A stretch of DNA of 64,000 nt, taken from assembly GCA_965242965.1 (NCBI GenBank), contig OZ251518.1, positions 5,597,972 to 5,661,971 on the forward strand, written 5' to 3'. Position numbers and translations under genes: made by a program. Below are positions 49,661 to 59,742 of this stretch, in pieces. Numbering within the stretch: position 1 is the first letter of the stretch; each line of letters opens with the position of its first letter. The notes below the pieces were generated by a model, which did not search any database, had not been told where the DNA came from, and was given only the letters and a program-made list of their open reading frames with translations. The stretch comes from Candidatus Poribacteria bacterium (GTDB lineage Bacteria > Poribacteria > WGA-4E > WGA-3G).

Positions 49661-50493
49661 TCTGGTTATCAGGAATGCCTTTCCTGATTCGGGAGTGGCT
49701 GTGCCGTGACAAGGTGGCGATTCTGATGTATCACGATGCGGCACCGTTGGTGTTTCGGAAGCATCTCGCCTATCTCTCGCGGCACTACACAATTATTTCG
49801 CTGGATAAACTCGTCAATGCTATCTACCAATCGGATTTTTCGCAGATTCCGCCGAAGAGCGTTGTCATTACGATTGACGATGGCCATGCTGGCAATTTCG
49901 CGTTGCTGCCGATTTTCAAGGAATTCGGCTTTCGTCCGACGCTCTATGTCTGCACACAACTTATCAACACGCATCGGCATTTCTGGTTCAACATCGCGGG
50001 GATATTGAAGCGGGACAAGGAGCAGCTGAAGAGAATGACGAATGCGGAACGTTTGGCGCGTCTCAAGCAAAAGGCTGACTTTGGACAGGAAAAGGAATTT
50101 CAGGAACGGGAGGCTCTCAATCTGGAGGAATTAACGGCGATGGCACCCCACGTTGATTTTCAGCCTCACACCCAATTTCATCCAATCTTGCCGCAATGCA
50201 CGGTAACCGAATGTGAACAAGAAATTCTCGGAAGCAAACGGGATTTAGAGCGGATTTTGGGTGGGACGTGCAACCATTTTAGTTATCCGAACGGCGATTA
50301 TTCAGCACGCGAACTGGCGGTTGTCACGGCGGCAGGCTTCCGTTCTGCGCGCACGACAGATATTGGGTGGAATACGGTGAGGACTGCGCCGCATCGGTTG
50401 AAGGTTCTCCCGATGACAGATGATGCCGGGCTTCTCCTCTTCCGTGCGGAATTGACAGGGATTCCGCAGCGGCTTTTTCGGATATTTCAATGA
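49624..50493 (+). CDS. Polysaccharide deacetylase
   Basis: ILMYH, ITIDDG, HTQFH and FSYPNG motifs. Confidence 0.9.
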   Translation: MRRFLKNVIASVIWLSGMPFLIREWLCRDKVAILMYHDAAPLVFRKHLAYLSRHYTIISLDKLVNAIYQSDFSQIPPKSVVITIDDGHAGNFALLPIFKEFGFRPTLYVCTQLINTHRHFWFNIAGILKRDKEQLKRMTNAERLARLKQKADFGQEKEFQEREALNLEELTAMAPHVDFQPHTQFHPILPQCTVTECEQEILGSKRDLERILGGTCNHFSYPNGDYSARELAVVTAAGFRSARTTDIGWNTVRTAPHRLKVLPMTDDAGLLLFRAELTGIPQRLFRIFQ

Positions 50494-51149
50494 GAACCGA
50501 TTTCACAAAATGGCACCGTGCCTATATCCAAAATGCGCAGCGCGAATTAGCGAGCGGGACAACGCGTCAACAACTCAACGCGCTGGAACTTCACGCGAAA
50601 GGCAAAAAAGTCCTTGATGTCGGATGCGGCGCAGGAAACTTACTGACTGTCCTCGCTAATGATGCACCTGAACTGCTCGTTGGCGTTGATGTAGACGCAG
50701 TTTTCTTGGCACACTGTCAGGCAAAGGGGTTTTCGTTGTTTCAAGCTGCGCTGCCGCATTTGCCCTTCGCATCCGAAACTTTTGAGCTCGTTACCTGTTT
50801 CCTTGTGATGCCGCATGTCCCAGATGATACTACCGCGCTAACAGAACTCGCGCGTGTTTTGAAACCGGGCGGCACCCTCGCTATCTCTGGACATGGCATG
50901 GGGTTTCCGCTCGGACACCTGAAACGCTTGAAACCGAAACCGCTTATCATGTATCTCGCCACGCTGCTTTATCGCATCACAGGACGAAAATGGATTGGGA
51001 ACACGCTACAAAACGATAAAAAGGTGTGCGATATTCTTGCTGGCATTGGTATGATGCCAGAGATGCGGTTTTGCACGAAAAAGACGCTTGGGTGCGTGGG
51101 GACATACTGGATTCGGGCAGTGAAGCGGCGCAGTGAAGCGGCGCAGTGA
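50490..51149 (+). CDS. Class I SAM-dependent methyltransferase
   Basis: VLDVGCGAG, LPFASETF and ARVLKPGG motifs. Confidence 0.9.
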   Translation: MRTDFTKWHRAYIQNAQRELASGTTRQQLNALELHAKGKKVLDVGCGAGNLLTVLANDAPELLVGVDVDAVFLAHCQAKGFSLFQAALPHLPFASETFELVTCFLVMPHVPDDTTALTELARVLKPGGTLAISGHGMGFPLGHLKRLKPKPLIMYLATLLYRITGRKWIGNTLQNDKKVCDILAGIGMMPEMRFCTKKTLGCVGTYWIRAVKRRSEAAQ

Positions 51150-51163
51150 AGCGGCGCAGTGAA
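51117..51163 (+). repeat. 13-nt tandem repeat spanning the methyltransferase stop codon
   Basis: GCAGTGAAGCGGC, about 3.6 copies. Confidence 0.9.
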
Positions 51164-51218
51164 ACATTGGGGCAAGGAGAATGTGTCTCTCCTAATCAAT
51201 AACGGGAGCACTCTTCTA

Positions 51219-52040
51219 CTAGGAGAGGGACAGGATGAGCGACGCGAGCCCTAAGGCAAGGCAATAATAGGAAAACACAGAGAATTTGCCGCGGTTGAGC
51301 ATGACTAACAGCAACCGCAATGCAATATAACCGACAACGAACGCTGCCAGCATGCCGCCAGCGATGATATGGATAGGGATTGCGGTAGTGACTACGTCGC
51401 GCATTTTAAGCACCACCGCACCGAGGATGGCAGGAATAGAGAGCAGGAAGGAGTATTCCGCCGCTGTCTTCGCAGAGATGCCGCATAAAAGTGCCACCGA
51501 AATAGTTGTGCCTGAACGCGAGATGCCGGGGGTAATAGCGCATCCTTGCGCAATACCGATGAGCGGTGCGTGCCACCACCGCATGCCTGTATCCGCTGCG
51601 TCCGATGTACCGCCGTTGTTGTCGTAGGCGCGCTTTGTCATTAGCCGAGGCAGTTGAAGAATCCCTCCCGTGACGATTAACATCACACTCGCCAGCCACA
51701 CCTTATCAAAAGCAGCTTCCAGCGTGTCCTTAAATAGCACAGCGATGAGCCCGGTCGGAATAGAACCGAGCAGGATTAACCAAATGAATGTCAGTTCAGG
51801 CGACACGTTACGTTTCGCGATGGCGGTGACACCGCCGCGGATTAAGTTGCCAATTGCGCCGCGGTAGACGACGAGAACAGCGGCGAGCGTGCCAACGTGG
51901 AGCATCACGTCAAAGAAGACGAGGGGTTCCTTCAAGCCGAGGAACGCCTGCGCGAGGACGAGGTGGCCGGAACTGCTCACGGGCAAGAATTCGGTTAAGC
52001 CTTGTAAAATGCCGAGGAGAAGTGCTTCAAAAAAATTCAT
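51219..52040 (-). CDS. uppP: Undecaprenyl-diphosphate phosphatase
   Basis: QGLTEFLPVSSSGH and PGISRSGTTI motifs. Confidence 0.95.
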   Translation of the reverse strand: MNFFEALLLGILQGLTEFLPVSSSGHLVLAQAFLGLKEPLVFFDVMLHVGTLAAVLVVYRGAIGNLIRGGVTAIAKRNVSPELTFIWLILLGSIPTGLIAVLFKDTLEAAFDKVWLASVMLIVTGGILQLPRLMTKRAYDNNGGTSDAADTGMRWWHAPLIGIAQGCAITPGISRSGTTISVALLCGISAKTAAEYSFLLSIPAILGAVVLKMRDVVTTAIPIHIIAGGMLAAFVVGYIALRLLLVMLNRGKFSVFSYYCLALGLASLILSLS

Positions 52041-52139
52041 AATCGTATCATAGCAGGTTTTGGAAAATGATGCAATTTTGTTGATACTATTCCTCGGATG
52101 TGCTAAAATAGTATCAACAAACTGAAGGAGGCATCAAAT

Positions 52140-52916
52140 ATGCGCAGAAATCTCATGTTGTTCGGGCTTGTGGCGGTGTGCATCTTCGCCGTCAGCATCG
52201 CATCCGCCGTGGAAGAAGGCGACATCCTCGTCTACTATTCGTTTGATAAACTGAGTGGGAACACTTTCAAGGACGACTCCGGCAACGGTAACGATGCAGA
52301 GCTCGTCGGGAAAGGTTCGCTAGTTGATGGGCCATTCAATAAAGCAGTCCATTTGAACGGCGGCATCGTTCAAATGGAGGCGAACGATTTTATCGTGCCG
52401 ATTGGCGAGAAGGGCGAAATTACGATGGAGGCGTGGTTCTATCTGAACGAGCACGCCTCTTACGATGGGATTATCTCCATTGAAGCCGCAGCCGGCGGCT
52501 GTTGCGAATTCCGCACAATGGTGAACCCTAATTTCAATCCGTTCTGGGATGCCGGGCACCACGCCGATAAACAGCTGGGGAACTTCCAATTCGAGAAGGA
52601 CGAGTGGTATCACTACGTCTTAGTCGCCGATGGCAAAGATGGGAAAATCTACGTCAACGGCGAGTTTATCGGCGCGCAACCGGAGAACTTCAAATGGCCG
52701 AAGTTCAAAGAGGCAGCGATTTACATCGGTGCCGGTGAAAACCCAAACCTTCACAAGGTGGAGGACGCAATTATTGACGAGGTTGTCATCTACGCGAAAG
52801 CATTGACGGCAGACGAGGTGCGTGCATCGATGGAACTGAGCGTGCCAGGCGTGCTCGCCGTTGCAGCGCGCGATAAGTTGGCCGTCACGTGGGGCTCTCT
52901 GAAATCACGTTTTTAA
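52140..52916 (+). CDS. Secreted LamG-like protein
   Basis: Signal peptide, VYYSFD, EWYHYVLV, IIDEVVIYAKALT and C-terminal AVAARDKLAVTWGSLK. Confidence 0.85.
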   Translation: MRRNLMLFGLVAVCIFAVSIASAVEEGDILVYYSFDKLSGNTFKDDSGNGNDAELVGKGSLVDGPFNKAVHLNGGIVQMEANDFIVPIGEKGEITMEAWFYLNEHASYDGIISIEAAAGGCCEFRTMVNPNFNPFWDAGHHADKQLGNFQFEKDEWYHYVLVADGKDGKIYVNGEFIGAQPENFKWPKFKEAAIYIGAGENPNLHKVEDAIIDEVVIYAKALTADEVRASMELSVPGVLAVAARDKLAVTWGSLKSRF

Positions 52917-52934
52917 GGCGGATGCCGAGAAACG

Positions 52935-53130
52935 CATCGAGACAGGGAGGGCTCTCCTACAGAATACCTTCTCCCGTAGGAGGGACATCCCTGTCCCGAT
53001 AGGATAGGCGGGACATCCTTGTCCCGACATCTTCTCCCGTAGGAGGGACATCCTTGTCCCGATAGGATAGGCGGGACATCCTTGTCCCGTCCTCTTCTCC
53101 GGTAGGAGGGACATCCTTGTCCCGATAGGA
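52935..53130 (+). repeat. 63-nt tandem REP units
   Basis: GTAGGAGGGACATCC(T/C)TGTCCCGAT at 52976, 53039 and 53102. Confidence 0.9.
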
Positions 53131-53159
53131 AATGTATCAAAATCAGATAAGGACTGTTT

Positions 53160-53561
53160 ATGAAATTCGGATTTTTCACGAAAATTTTTGAAGGTGCTTT
53201 GAGCATTGAAAAGACATACAACGAATGCGACACTGCACTCAGCGAATTGAAGGCATACAATCAGAAGCGCAAAGAACCGGACGTTTCCATATCTCCCGAA
53301 GAAAAATCGGAATTGGATGCCGTCGTCAACACCGCGATTGAAAACGCCACCCGCATCATTGACAAGGAAGGCGAACGGAATTGGCCCGGTGTGTTTCGGG
53401 AAATGCACAAAAATCTGGCGGACATCTATTTAGAGTTGGACCGGCATGATAAAGTGCGCGAGGCATGCGAACGGTTGCAAGACTATGGGACGGTAGGCAA
53501 GCAGTTCGCCGATGAGGTGATGCAGAACCTCAACGAGAAAGAGGCAGACGAGTCTGCATAG
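53160..53561 (+). CDS. Hypothetical helical protein
   Basis: AAGGA RBS, 133 aa, with a TPR-like HKNLADIYLE segment. Confidence 0.65.
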   Translation: MKFGFFTKIFEGALSIEKTYNECDTALSELKAYNQKRKEPDVSISPEEKSELDAVVNTAIENATRIIDKEGERNWPGVFREMHKNLADIYLELDRHDKVREACERLQDYGTVGKQFADEVMQNLNEKEADESA

Positions 53562-53571
53562 GTTGGGTGAC

Positions 53572-55557
53572 ATGGAATTCCTGAACCCTGCCGCGTTCTA
53601 TCTGCTTGGCACGATTCCGATTGTGGTGGCACTCCATTTCCTGAAACTCCGTCGCCGTGTCTACCTCGTGTCAAGCATTCTGCTGTGGCGCGCCGCCGCG
53701 GAGGATAGACAAGCCAACGTTCCTTTTCAACGTCTACGGCACATCCTGCTGCCGCTGCTGCAAGTCCTATTTTTGCTGCTCCTGACGCTGAGCGTGGCGC
53801 GGCCTGCCGTGCGCCGCGCCGGGTTCATGCACGGGAAAGCGATTCTCATCGTTGACAATTCCGCCAGCATGCAGGCAATGGAGACGGGGGAATACCGGCT
53901 CGCCTTGGCAAAGCAGGCGGCTCTGACACTCATCCAGCAGGTTTCGGCGAGTGGCGGCATGATGGTGCTTGTCACCCACGCCGCCGAGACGCATATCCAA
54001 CAGGCGTTCACCACCGACACAGCGCAGCTGCGCCGCGCGGTAGAAACCATCGCGCCCACCGCCGCTGTCGGGAGCCCGCGTGCCGTTTTCGATGCAGCCG
54101 CACACTACGCAGATTCACCACAAGACAAAGTCTTTTTTATCAGCGATAATTTTGACACGCTTCCCGACATCTCCCTGCCACTCCATACAATCGGTGTCGG
54201 CGGCGCGGCAGAGAATATCGGCATCGTGCAGTTCAGCGTGGAATTGACAGAAACCCCGCGCGGCAAACGGTATACCGTCCTCGCGACAATTCAGAATTTC
54301 ACCGATACCGACAGCGAGATAACAGTTGCCCTCGCATTAGCCGCGCCTCTAAACCCTAGCACCAAAAACGTAGTCATCGCCAACGGCGATGACGGCTTAC
54401 GCAGAAAGAGTCTCCTTGCCAAGGAAACCCTCACCGAACGCCTCGCGAATAACGAAAAACCTTTTGATGATAAACTCGTCTCTATTCCGGCGGGTGGAAC
54501 ACAATCGGTGCTGTTTTCCGGCGATGCAAGCGGTTTGGAGGGACAAGTTATCCGCCTTCGGCTTGAGGTAGCAGACGATTTTCCGCTGGATAATACAGCG
54601 TCCGCGCTACTGCTGCCGCGCCCATCACTCCGCATACTGCTCGTCAGCGATAGGGAACTCCCACTGTTGACGCACCTCTTGAAAACGCACGGGGAACATG
54701 TGACGGTGCATCAAGTTTCCACGGATGCCTATCACGGCAGCGGCGATGTCGATGTCACCATTTTCGACCGGGGTTCACCTGAAAACGTTCCGACAGGGAA
54801 CATTATCTTTCTCAATCCGCGCGAACAATTGCCGTTTGGCGCGGCGGTTGAAACCGATGCCGATGTCGCGCGCGTCATTTCGGAGGATAAAACGCATCCG
54901 CTCATGCAAGGCGTATCATTGATGGGGTTGCAGGTGCGTGGAGCGGCGCGCAGGGAATTGCCTATCTGGGGACATTCACTGATGGAAACGGAGAAGGGTT
55001 CGCTCATCTGGGTTGGCACTGAGACAGAGCGGCAAATGCTTGTCTTTGAGTTCGATGCGTTCACGCCTGAGCTCTCCGCCTTCGCGCTGACTATCCCAGC
55101 GGCACCGCTGTTTCTCTATCAAAATTTAGCGCGGTTTGAATCGAGAGCGGCACCGATTCGGCTGCTATCAGAACGCTTGACTCACGGGACTCGGCACGCC
55201 TTCCGCACGGGGGAAAGTTTGAGGTTCGCTTTCCCTCCAACGGCGCGCGTTCAGGTGCAGAAACCTGATGAGACATTGGTTGAAATCAAGGACGCGGTGT
55301 TTAAGCAAACGGAATTGACAGGCGTTTACACCGTTTTTGTGGAAAATACGCCGGTCGAATACTTCACGGTGAATCTACTTGACGCGGCGGAGTCTACGCT
55401 TTCGGCACCACCAAGCGCACCGACAGAAACTGCACAGTTAACGGCAGACGCGCCTTTGCAACCTGTCACAGAGGAGGTGTGGCGGTGGCCCGCTGTCTTG
55501 GCGTTTGCGATGCTGCTGGTGGAGTGGGGAGTCTATCATCGTTCATCTGCCGCCTAA
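53572..55557 (+). CDS. BatA-like N-terminus plus VWA domain membrane protein
   Basis: MEFLNP...LHF N-terminal double TM, DNSASM MIDAS motif and a C-terminal LLVEW anchor. Confidence 0.88.
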   Translation: MEFLNPAAFYLLGTIPIVVALHFLKLRRRVYLVSSILLWRAAAEDRQANVPFQRLRHILLPLLQVLFLLLLTLSVARPAVRRAGFMHGKAILIVDNSASMQAMETGEYRLALAKQAALTLIQQVSASGGMMVLVTHAAETHIQQAFTTDTAQLRRAVETIAPTAAVGSPRAVFDAAAHYADSPQDKVFFISDNFDTLPDISLPLHTIGVGGAAENIGIVQFSVELTETPRGKRYTVLATIQNFTDTDSEITVALALAAPLNPSTKNVVIANGDDGLRRKSLLAKETLTERLANNEKPFDDKLVSIPAGGTQSVLFSGDASGLEGQVIRLRLEVADDFPLDNTASALLLPRPSLRILLVSDRELPLLTHLLKTHGEHVTVHQVSTDAYHGSGDVDVTIFDRGSPENVPTGNIIFLNPREQLPFGAAVETDADVARVISEDKTHPLMQGVSLMGLQVRGAARRELPIWGHSLMETEKGSLIWVGTETERQMLVFEFDAFTPELSAFALTIPAAPLFLYQNLARFESRAAPIRLLSERLTHGTRHAFRTGESLRFAFPPTARVQVQKPDETLVEIKDAVFKQTELTGVYTVFVENTPVEYFTVNLLDAAESTLSAPPSAPTETAQLTADAPLQPVTEEVWRWPAVLAFAMLLVEWGVYHRSSAA

Positions 55558-55562
55558 TTTAT

Positions 55563-55830
55563 CGAGGGGTTTCATATCTCAATGGCTTCCCGGTAGGAGA
55601 GCCCTCCTGGTCTCGATGCAGGCGGTGTCCCCGGTAGGAGAGCCCTCCCAGTCTCGACAAACACCCGTAGGAGAGACCTCCTTGTCTCGATTTTTCGTAT
55701 CGGGACAGGGATGTCCCGCCTACCGCGAAGGCATCGGGCTAGCCCTATAGTTCGGGTGCGCCTGCACCCGAACGAGTCTGGCAGCATCGAGACTAGGAGA
55801 TCTCTCCTACCAAGAGGGCATTGAGATTCT
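55563..55830. repeat. REP cluster with a degenerate inverted-repeat-like left end
   Basis: GTAGGAGAG(A/C)CCTCC.(G/A/T)GTCTCGA x3-4, and GAGGGGTTTCATA at 55564. Confidence 0.85.
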
Positions 55831-55864
55831 CTCATATCATTACATATGCAAATAGAAATCCGCC

Positions 55865-56452
55865 TCAATTTCCCTCACTACTTATCAATGCGAGAATCTC
55901 TTCAACCAATACCTCCTTCTGTTTCGCACCGACGAAACTGCCGGCAACCTCCCCGTTTTGGAAGACGATGTAGGTAGGCGTTGCAAAAATCTCATATTCT
56001 ATCGTTTTCTCCGGTTGGGTGTTGACATCTAATTTGACAACGGTGAACGTCTCACGATGTTCGGCGGCGACTTCCGCGACAATCGGCTTCATCAACTGGC
56101 AGAATCCGCAAAACTCCGACTTGAATTCCACGACGATGGGACGTTCAGAACCCAACACAACGCTGTCAAACGTTGCATCGGTGATTTCAAACGGGATACC
56201 GGACGGTTCACCGAAATGACTCGCGACTAGCACCAAGTCGAGGATATTGACAGTGCCGTCACTATTCAGATCTGGGGTTGGGGTTTCATCAGCGGCGGGG
56301 GTTTCGCCAAAGCGCGCGGCAACGAACTTCAAATCAAGGCCATCTATCATTCCATCGGCGTTAAAATCAAGGCGCGCGACGTTGGCATCATCGGCGTTTA
56401 ACATTCCTGACGCGAAAATGAACGTCAGGAAAAAACAGATTAATTTTTTCAT
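55865..56452 (-). CDS. Secreted dockerin-like (EF-hand) domain plus thioredoxin fusion
   Basis: Signal peptide, DFNADGMIDGLDL and DLNSDGTVNILDL repeats, and a Trx domain with CGFC and a TPT cis-Pro segment. Confidence 0.85.
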   Translation of the reverse strand: MKKLICFFLTFIFASGMLNADDANVARLDFNADGMIDGLDLKFVAARFGETPAADETPTPDLNSDGTVNILDLVLVASHFGEPSGIPFEITDATFDSVVLGSERPIVVEFKSEFCGFCQLMKPIVAEVAAEHRETFTVVKLDVNTQPEKTIEYEIFATPTYIVFQNGEVAGSFVGAKQKEVLVEEILALISSEGN

Positions 56453-56474
56453 TGGCGTTTTTCTCCATCTGACA

Positions 56475-56735
56475 ACGGCGAGGGAAACCCGCTCGCCTGC
56501 GCGTGTGGCATGCGAGGGCCCTCGCCCTACGAAAAAAAGGGAACTACACGGCGAAGGCCAGCTTGACGCGCCGGTAGGAGAGACCTCCCGGTCTCGATAA
56601 AAAAAAGGAATTACACGGCGAGGGACAGGCCCTCGCACTACGAAAAAAAAGGGCAATCACATGGCGAGGGACAGGCCCTCGCACTACGAACCAGGGACGC
56701 GCACCGTAGGACGAGGGCCTGTCCCTCGTCAGCCT
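56475..56735. repeat. REP cluster
   Basis: GGCGAGGGACAGGCCCTCGCACTAC x2, GTAGGACGAGGGCCTGTCCCTCGTC and others. Confidence 0.88.
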
Positions 56736-57790
56736 TCATGCGAACCAGAGCGGCGTGCCCTATGCCACTCTTGGACTGCCTCTGGAATGGCTTGCAGGTT
56801 TTCAATGGTAGTTTGAAGGGGAATTGCGCACTCCGGCCCGATGAGCGGCACACCTGCCTCCAAATTCTTCACAACTTCTGCCTTTACGTCTTCCGGCTCC
56901 TTTGCAAACAGGGTTTCGGGATTATTGATATTGCCGACGAGGGCAATCCGATTCTTGACGATGTCCATCGATTCCTGCGGTTCATTTTTGGAATCATAAT
57001 GGAAGGCGGCCATCCCGGTTTGCGCAATATACTCCATTCTGTCAACCGTGCGGCCACAGATGTGCAGGATGAGCGGAATCGGAATCCGTTCAACAAATTC
57101 GATGTGCAGGTCGCGGAGGTAGCGTTGGTAATACTCGCCGCTGACCAGGTCACCGGTAGCGTGGTCTGGGAGAGTAAGCGCATCTGCACCCGCTTCAATT
57201 TGGGCAACGCCGAACTGCACGGTGGCTTCCTTCATCCTGTCTAGCGCGAGTTTCGTTTTGCCCGGGTCATCGAGAGACAACAACAAGAAGGGCTCCACGC
57301 CGAAGCAGTGGTATCCGAGGGACCAGGGCCCCATCGTCTTGCCAATCACGGCGACTTCATCGCCGTATTCCTTCTTCAGCATCTTAATCGTCTCCAACAC
57401 GCACTGCATATCCGGGTGCATCAAGAAATCGTCAGGAATTTTGATGTCGTCCACATCTTCCCAGATGGGTTCGCGCATCCGCACGGTTGGCCAGTTATCC
57501 TTTTGCTCCCATTGGATTTTGCAACCCAGGGCACTTGATTCTTGGATAATGGAGAAGACCGGCATGATGGTATCAAATCCGAGTTCAGTATAACTAGTGG
57601 CGGCGAGGCGTGCCATCAATTCCGGATCGCGATTCGCCGCGGGGAAGGGTGCCGCCACCAGATCCATCAACTCCACCGTAGCAACGGAGGTCGGGTTACA
57701 GACAGGTGTCCGGTCAGTCGGTTCCTTGCGGAGTGCGGCGAGCACGCGTTCTCGCCCGGTCATCGGTTTCTGCATCTTCGGTTCCCTCAT
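56729..57790 (-). CDS. MtaA/CmuA-like methyltransferase (uroporphyrinogen decarboxylase superfamily)
   Basis: MTGRERVLAAL..DRTPV, ILHICG, GNINN and GPECAIP. The start could be 57790, 57775 or 57763. Confidence 0.85.
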   Translation of the reverse strand: MREPKMQKPMTGRERVLAALRKEPTDRTPVCNPTSVATVELMDLVAAPFPAANRDPELMARLAATSYTELGFDTIMPVFSIIQESSALGCKIQWEQKDNWPTVRMREPIWEDVDDIKIPDDFLMHPDMQCVLETIKMLKKEYGDEVAVIGKTMGPWSLGYHCFGVEPFLLLSLDDPGKTKLALDRMKEATVQFGVAQIEAGADALTLPDHATGDLVSGEYYQRYLRDLHIEFVERIPIPLILHICGRTVDRMEYIAQTGMAAFHYDSKNEPQESMDIVKNRIALVGNINNPETLFAKEPEDVKAEVVKNLEAGVPLIGPECAIPLQTTIENLQAIPEAVQEWHRARRSGSHEG

Positions 57791-57854
57791 AATGGTCTCG
57801 ATGTCCCGTAGGCGAGACCTCCCGGTCTCGACGGTTTCTGCATCTTCGGTTCCC

Positions 57855-58667
57855 TCATAACTGCTGGCTTGGCGCGGAGAGCACCCCGCGTGTTGCCTCC
57901 ATCTCTGCCTCTCGGAGGGCGACGCGGACGTTCGGTGCACGGACTAACAGCAATCCTACCAATGCATCGTGCGAATGCCCACACGCAAAGGCGACGGTGT
58001 CACTGCTGTCTCCGACGCGTTCCATCTCACCTAATTTCATCAACCCGCTGGCAATAGCCGCGACCCGGCGTGCCGCCCCGCGTCCCTCGCCATCTGCCGA
58101 AACACGATAGACACCCTTGCCAACGGAATCCACCGTGATAGTCAGCCGCGATTTCTTATCTAACGTCTGCAAAGGACGCGGCTGTAGGCGCGACCTCCCG
58201 GTCTCGATTGCTCCCCGTAGGCGAGACCTCCCGGTCTCAACTTCTGGTTGGTTGTCCCCCCGTTCGGGATCAGGCGATCCCGAACTACGGTCTCTCCCGG
58301 TCTCGATTTCCGGTAGGCGAGACCTCCCGGTCTCGACAGAATCATCCGGTCGGCTGTCTTCCCCAGTCTCAACATACGGTAATTTACACGCCTCTAAAAA
58401 GACGCGCTTGCACGCCATCTCATGTCCTGCACCGCAGTGAAAACAGAGCGTGCCGTCAGGTGTTTCCTGCATCCCGCCGAGCGTTTTCATCGCCTGCACA
58501 ATGGACTGAACCCGTCCCTGCGCGCCTTCTATTCGGCTGTAGGTATGCACGAGGAAGACAGGTTTACCCTCGCGTTGCTGGCGGTATAACGCGAGGGTGA
58601 TGTCATGGAAATGCGGATCGAGCGGCACCAATTCAATGCGCCTGCCGATGTCAACGATGCGTTTCAT
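57855..58667 (-). CDS. Hypothetical protein with an in-frame REP-derived insertion
   Basis: Two F.CG..H motifs flank a central ETGRSRL repeat block encoded by REP copies. Confidence 0.7.
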   Translation of the reverse strand: MKRIVDIGRRIELVPLDPHFHDITLALYRQQREGKPVFLVHTYSRIEGAQGRVQSIVQAMKTLGGMQETPDGTLCFHCGAGHEMACKRVFLEACKLPYVETGEDSRPDDSVETGRSRLPEIETGRDRSSGSPDPERGDNQPEVETGRSRLRGAIETGRSRLQPRPLQTLDKKSRLTITVDSVGKGVYRVSADGEGRGAARRVAAIASGLMKLGEMERVGDSSDTVAFACGHSHDALVGLLLVRAPNVRVALREAEMEATRGVLSAPSQQL

Positions 58668-58676
58668 AGAAAAATC

Positions 58677-59621
58677 CTAATGATTGGCAAGGTAGCCATA
58701 CGCCTTTTCCGAAACCCGCCGGAGGATGTTGGCGCGCCGCGTTACCCATGTCCCGAAAGACTGATAGCGATTGCGGCGATTCGTCTTCGTCCTATCCTGA
58801 ATCATGCCGGTAAAGACATACGGCCGTGGTTTGCCTCTCGAATCGCGGAAGACGAGGATACCGCTGTCCGCCACCAAACCGTAGACTGTGCCAGTCTTGT
58901 TGTAGACTTTGACAGACGCGGGAATGTGCGTCTTTTTGAAGATGTAATCCCCGTTCGGCAGCTTGAGGTAATACTTCATTTTCTGCGAGTGCGGAAGGTT
59001 GCCGTACCACAACTGCACATAGAACCGATTCAGGTCATGCGCGGAAGTCATGTTGCGATACGTGCGTCCCCCCGCGGGGATGTATTCCACAATCCGCGTC
59101 TGCTGAAAATAGGGGTAATTCGCTTTCAATATGCGCTGCACTCGCCGCGGCCCACCGAGCAACCTAATAAAATAGTTCGTTGCCGGATTGGAACTTTTCT
59201 GAATCATCCTCCGGAGTTGGGAGCGATTGTAATTCGTATGCGCTTTCCGTCCCTGTCTGACTTCGTGGAAATAAGCGAGCATCACGAAGTTTTTGACGAG
59301 CGAGGCGGCCATCCGTGGCTGGTCTTCGTTGATAGAGACCAGTTTTCTCCGCCGGGAGATATCATAGACGACGAAGCTCGTCAAGTCGGTTGAGACGAGT
59401 TGTCGGCTTCTCCGATATCTTTTCACGAATCGTTCGATGCTCGCTTCCAGCGGCGAGTCTATCTGGGCTGCGTGCGTCGTACCGATGGGCAGCAAGCAGG
59501 CTGTCCCGATTAGGATTACCAGGAGCGCGTGCCAACAAACTCTCACCCTATCATGTATTGTGTGCTGCAGCGCGCCTAGTAAAGCGTCAGCGCATGTTCG
59601 GATGATTGCATGTTTGCTCAT
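58677..59621 (-). CDS. Class A beta-lactamase-like serine hydrolase (start uncertain)
   Basis: AASLVK (SxxK), SSN (SxN) and KTG motifs. Confidence 0.85.
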   Translation of the reverse strand: MSKHAIIRTCADALLGALQHTIHDRVRVCWHALLVILIGTACLLPIGTTHAAQIDSPLEASIERFVKRYRRSRQLVSTDLTSFVVYDISRRRKLVSINEDQPRMAASLVKNFVMLAYFHEVRQGRKAHTNYNRSQLRRMIQKSSNPATNYFIRLLGGPRRVQRILKANYPYFQQTRIVEYIPAGGRTYRNMTSAHDLNRFYVQLWYGNLPHSQKMKYYLKLPNGDYIFKKTHIPASVKVYNKTGTVYGLVADSGILVFRDSRGKPRPYVFTGMIQDRTKTNRRNRYQSFGTWVTRRANILRRVSEKAYGYLANH

Positions 59622-59742
59622 GTTAATGTTTCTCATTCCTTTTTTCATTGTTTTCGCCTCACGAGTTAGACGAGGCAAATCTGTCAAACGGCCGAGGGCA
59701 TCTCCCCTCGCCGTGCTTCAATTGTCTCACAGAACGTGGCTC

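Noticed and set aside
52970-53130. Possible CRISPR array (63-nt period)
   Set aside because: The period is CRISPR-like, but the spacers are themselves repeat copies.
58677-59621. Antibiotic-resistance beta-lactamase
   Set aside because: SxxK/SxN/KTG motifs are shared with many PBP-like serine hydrolases. No class A omega-loop ExxLN motif is evident and the context is not mobile.
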